A stretch of 64,000 bases of DNA, taken from positions 2,108,001-2,172,000 of the forward strand of contig NC_091482.1 of the NCBI RefSeq assembly GCF_036971445.1. Direction: 5' to 3'. Positions 60,801 through 64,000 of the stretch are shown here, piece by piece. This DNA is from Narcine bancroftii. Its lineage: Eukaryota. Position numbers and translations under genes: made by a program. The notes under the pieces are model-generated. The model had not been told where the DNA came from. It saw only the letters and a list, made by a program, of their open reading frames with translations, and searched no databases. Positions within the stretch are counted from its first letter, which is position 1. Each line of letters begins with the position of its first letter.

Positions 60801-63459
60801 TGGCAGCTTAAGACAGAACAAGCTAAGAAAATGGTATTGGCATCAAGGAAAAAAGACAAATAAATCACATATAATCCAAAGGAGATCAAGGAAAACTTTA
60901 GAGAATTCTATGAACAATTATACCAAACTGAAAACGAAGGGAAAGAAGGGAAAATAGATGAATTTCTAACTAAAATTGAACTACCAAAACTACAAATAGA
61001 GGAACAAAATAAATTAACAGAACCATTTGGAATAGTAGAAATACAAGAGATAACAAAAAAATTACCAAATAATAAGACACCAGGAGAGGATGGATTCCGA
61101 ATAGAATTCTATGAAACATTTAAAGATTTATTAATTCCTCCCCTCCTTGAAGTAATCAACCAGATTGATAAAACACAAAGCTTACCAGATTCATGTAAAA
61201 CAGCAATAATTACAGTAATACTAAAGCAAGGGAAAGATCCACTCGCACCAGCGTCATATAGACCAATATCTTTACTTAACACAGATTATAAGATAATAGC
61301 TAAACTATTAGCAAACAGATTAGCAGAGTATGTACCGAAAATGGTAAATCTAGACCAAACTGGATTTATTAAAAAAAGACGCACAACAGACAATATTTGT
61401 AAATTTATTAACTTGATTCATGCAGTAGAAGGGAGTAAAGCGCCAACAGTAGCAGTTGCTTTAGACGCAGAGAAGGCCTTTGACAGAGTAGAATGGAATT
61501 ATTTATTCAAAGTAGTGCAAAAATTCAGTTTACCAGAGAAGTATATTAATTGGATTAAAGCATTATATAAGGGACCATTGGCGAAAGTGACAGTAAATGG
61601 ATATGTATCAAAGCAATTTAACTTAAGCAGGTCAACACGGCAGGGATGCCCACTATCACCTTTAATGTTCGCGTTAGCTATAGAACCACTAGCAGAATTG
61701 ATAAGAACAGAAAATAATATAAACGGGATAAAAATAAAAGACAAGGAATATAAAATCAGTTTATTTGCGGATGATGTTATAGTATACTTAACAGAACCAA
61801 AACTATCAATAAAGGAATTATATAAGAAATTGAAGGAATATGGAGAAGTGTCGGGTTACAAGATTAACGTAAATAAAAGTGAAGCAATGCCTATGAATAA
61901 TGCGGATTTCTCAAAATTTAAGAAGGAATCACCATTCAGATGGCAAGTGCAAGCAATAAGATACCTAGGTATACAAATAAATAAAAACCTCAGCCAATTA
62001 TATAAACTCAATTATTATCCACTAATGAAAAAATTACAGGACGATTTAAAGCATTGGAAAGATTTACCACTAACACTAATAGGAAGGATAAACTGTATTA
62101 AAATGAACATTTTTCCAAGGATATTATACCTATTTCAGGCATTGCCAATACACCTGACAGAGAAATTCTTCAAGAAGTTAAAGAAAATAAAAAGGAATTT
62201 TTTTATGGAAAGGGGGGAAACTGAGGATAGCACTAGATAAATTAACAGAATGGTATAAACAAGGAGGCTTACAACTGCCAAACTTTAAAAATTATTATAG
62301 AGCCGCACAATCAAGATACCTATCAGATTTTTATCAAACAAGGGAAAAGCCAGATTGGACTAGATTAGAATTAGATAAAATAGGGGAAAAGATACCTGAA
62401 CACATATTATATAAATGGGATGAAAAATTGGTACAATATAGAAGTTCTCCAGTATTACATCATCTACTCAATATTTGGAAGAAGATTCATGTAGAAAGAA
62501 ATAAAACAAATGATCAATTACCAAAACTAATATTGACGCAAAACAAGTTACTCCCTTTTACAATAGATAACCTTTCATTTAGAGAATGGGAGAAAAAAGG
62601 GATCAAAAGAATAGAAAATTGTTTTTCAGGAAATAGATTATTATAAATATAAAGATAAAAAAGGAAACATGGGAACGATGAGAAATACAATAAATTCGAG
62701 GTTACGTATGATACAATATAACTGGATACACAGGCTATACATTACACCTCAAAAGTTAAATAAATGGAACCCAACAGTATCTGATAGATGTTTTCGATGT
62801 AAAAAAGAAATGGGAACAACAATTCATGCAATCTGGACATGTGAGAAAGTAGAAAAATTTTGGGAAGATCTAAACCAAATATTAAATAAAATTACAGAAA
62901 ACAATATACCAAAGAATCCAGAGATCTTTCTCCTAAGTAACATAAAAAACAAAGAATTTGGAATTGATTTGGAGGATGCACAAAAAAAATTTGTTAAGAT
63001 AGCTCTAGCCGTAGCAAAAAAATGTATTATGTCAACCTGGAAATCAGAAGATAATTTGAAAATACAACAATGGTATATAGAAATGAATAAATGTATTCCA
63101 TTAGAAAAAATAACATATAGTTTAAGAAATAATATTGAAATATTTGAACAAATATGGGAGCCTTACATGAAACACAATAGCGAAAACCTACCGGGGACAT
63201 TCACTACCTAAATTAATGAAAGGAGAAGGAAATGAAAAGAATTGACTCAGTGGAATTTCTTGTTTATTTTTATTGAATGACAACATTGTTTGACTGGTTT
63301 AATGTATCCTAGATTTTGTACTTTAAATGGACGGGAGTGAGGAGGTAGGGAGGGTGGGATGGGAGTGGGGGTGGGGGAGAAAATGGCACTGTATATATTT
63401 GAAAAGGAAAAAGTATGTATCATGGTTAATGTGGTTTATGGTGTGAAAAATAAAATAAA
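57844..63459 (+). mobile_element. Full-length but inactivated L1-clade LINE: 5'UTR, ORF1 (~58328-59188, internal stop), ORF2 (59691-63211, stops/frameshifts); 15-bp TSD
   Basis: ORF1 ENYNRRNNIKMVGL..IERAHR; APE domain MTLNIN..FVQETH..GGDF..SDH; RT FADD; CCHC CFRC..H..W.C; TSD gaatatgggccgaca at 57829-57843 and 63460-63474. Confidence 0.95.
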
Positions 63460-63620
63460 GAATATGGGCCGACAACAAAAACATATCAATCCTTGAGTAA
63501 GTTTTGTGCCTACTCAAATAATATGAAAATTCCTTCTCTCTTGGGTGTTGCCTCCTCCATATAAGTTTCATTTCTTCCATTGATTTAACCACAAATTTGG
63601 CTTCTTTATTCTTTTTACTT
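63460..63620 (-). mobile_element. 5' remainder of the interrupted antisense L1 (endonuclease region)
   Basis: IWRRQHPREKEFSYYLSRHKTYSRIDMFLLSAHI, continuing as QGRVRKTEYKARLLSDH at ~57828. Confidence 0.9.
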
Positions 63621-63805
63621 GTCCCAACTTCCCTCCCTCCCTCCCCCACCCCTCCCCTCCCAACTTCCCTCCCTCCTCTCCCATCCCACCCCTCCTTCTC
63701 CTCCCCCCCTCACCTCACAATGAAATTGCCACAGATGTCAGGGAGGTATTTAATTTTTAATGTTTCTATTGTCTCCAAACTCACCATCCGTTCCCAAACA
63801 TCTCA

Positions 63806-63807
<2 letters not shown>

Positions 63808-63838
<31 letters not shown>

Positions 63839-63945
63839 AAACACAAATACACTTATACACACACACACTCACAAACACACAAACACAATCTCTCATTTAC
63901 CCACTCTCACACATGAACACCTCAACACACACAGACACACATAGG
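63808..63945. repeat. (CA)n microsatellite, degenerate
   Basis: Directly visible. Confidence 0.85.
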
Positions 63946-64000
63946 GCTTACACACCAATAACAGTTTGGATTAGGTGGAGGGGTTCTGGTTCTTGGTGAA

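Overview
This is vertebrate genomic DNA: intron-rich and repeat-dense. The repeat content (CR1, Rex1/Babar, Penelope, V-SINE, RTE, L1) suggests a cartilaginous fish, which is an inference. Hand splicing yields these genes: the first coding exon of a SCARF1-like receptor (-, 2.0-2.1 kb), a complete 4-exon MED31 (-, 131 aa), a 12-exon SLC13A5-like transporter (-) with a 1-nt frame problem at exon 8/9, and three paralogous 3-exon genes for a small single-domain rhodanese-like protein (6.3-10.0 kb +, 12.6-13.8 kb -, 27.7-31.7 kb +) that I cannot assign to a named vertebrate gene. The rhodanese cluster is the most unusual structure. Copies A and B face each other. Their promoter/exon 1/exon 2 regions form a ~1-kb inverted repeat with an identical exon 2, while their catalytic exon 3s are only ~40-45% identical in protein. 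Copy A has a frameshifted exon 1, so inversion between the arms would swap which catalytic exon sits behind the intact exon 1. The right end holds a full-length L1 with a 15-bp TSD nested in an antisense copy of the same family. All coordinates and identities were derived by hand.
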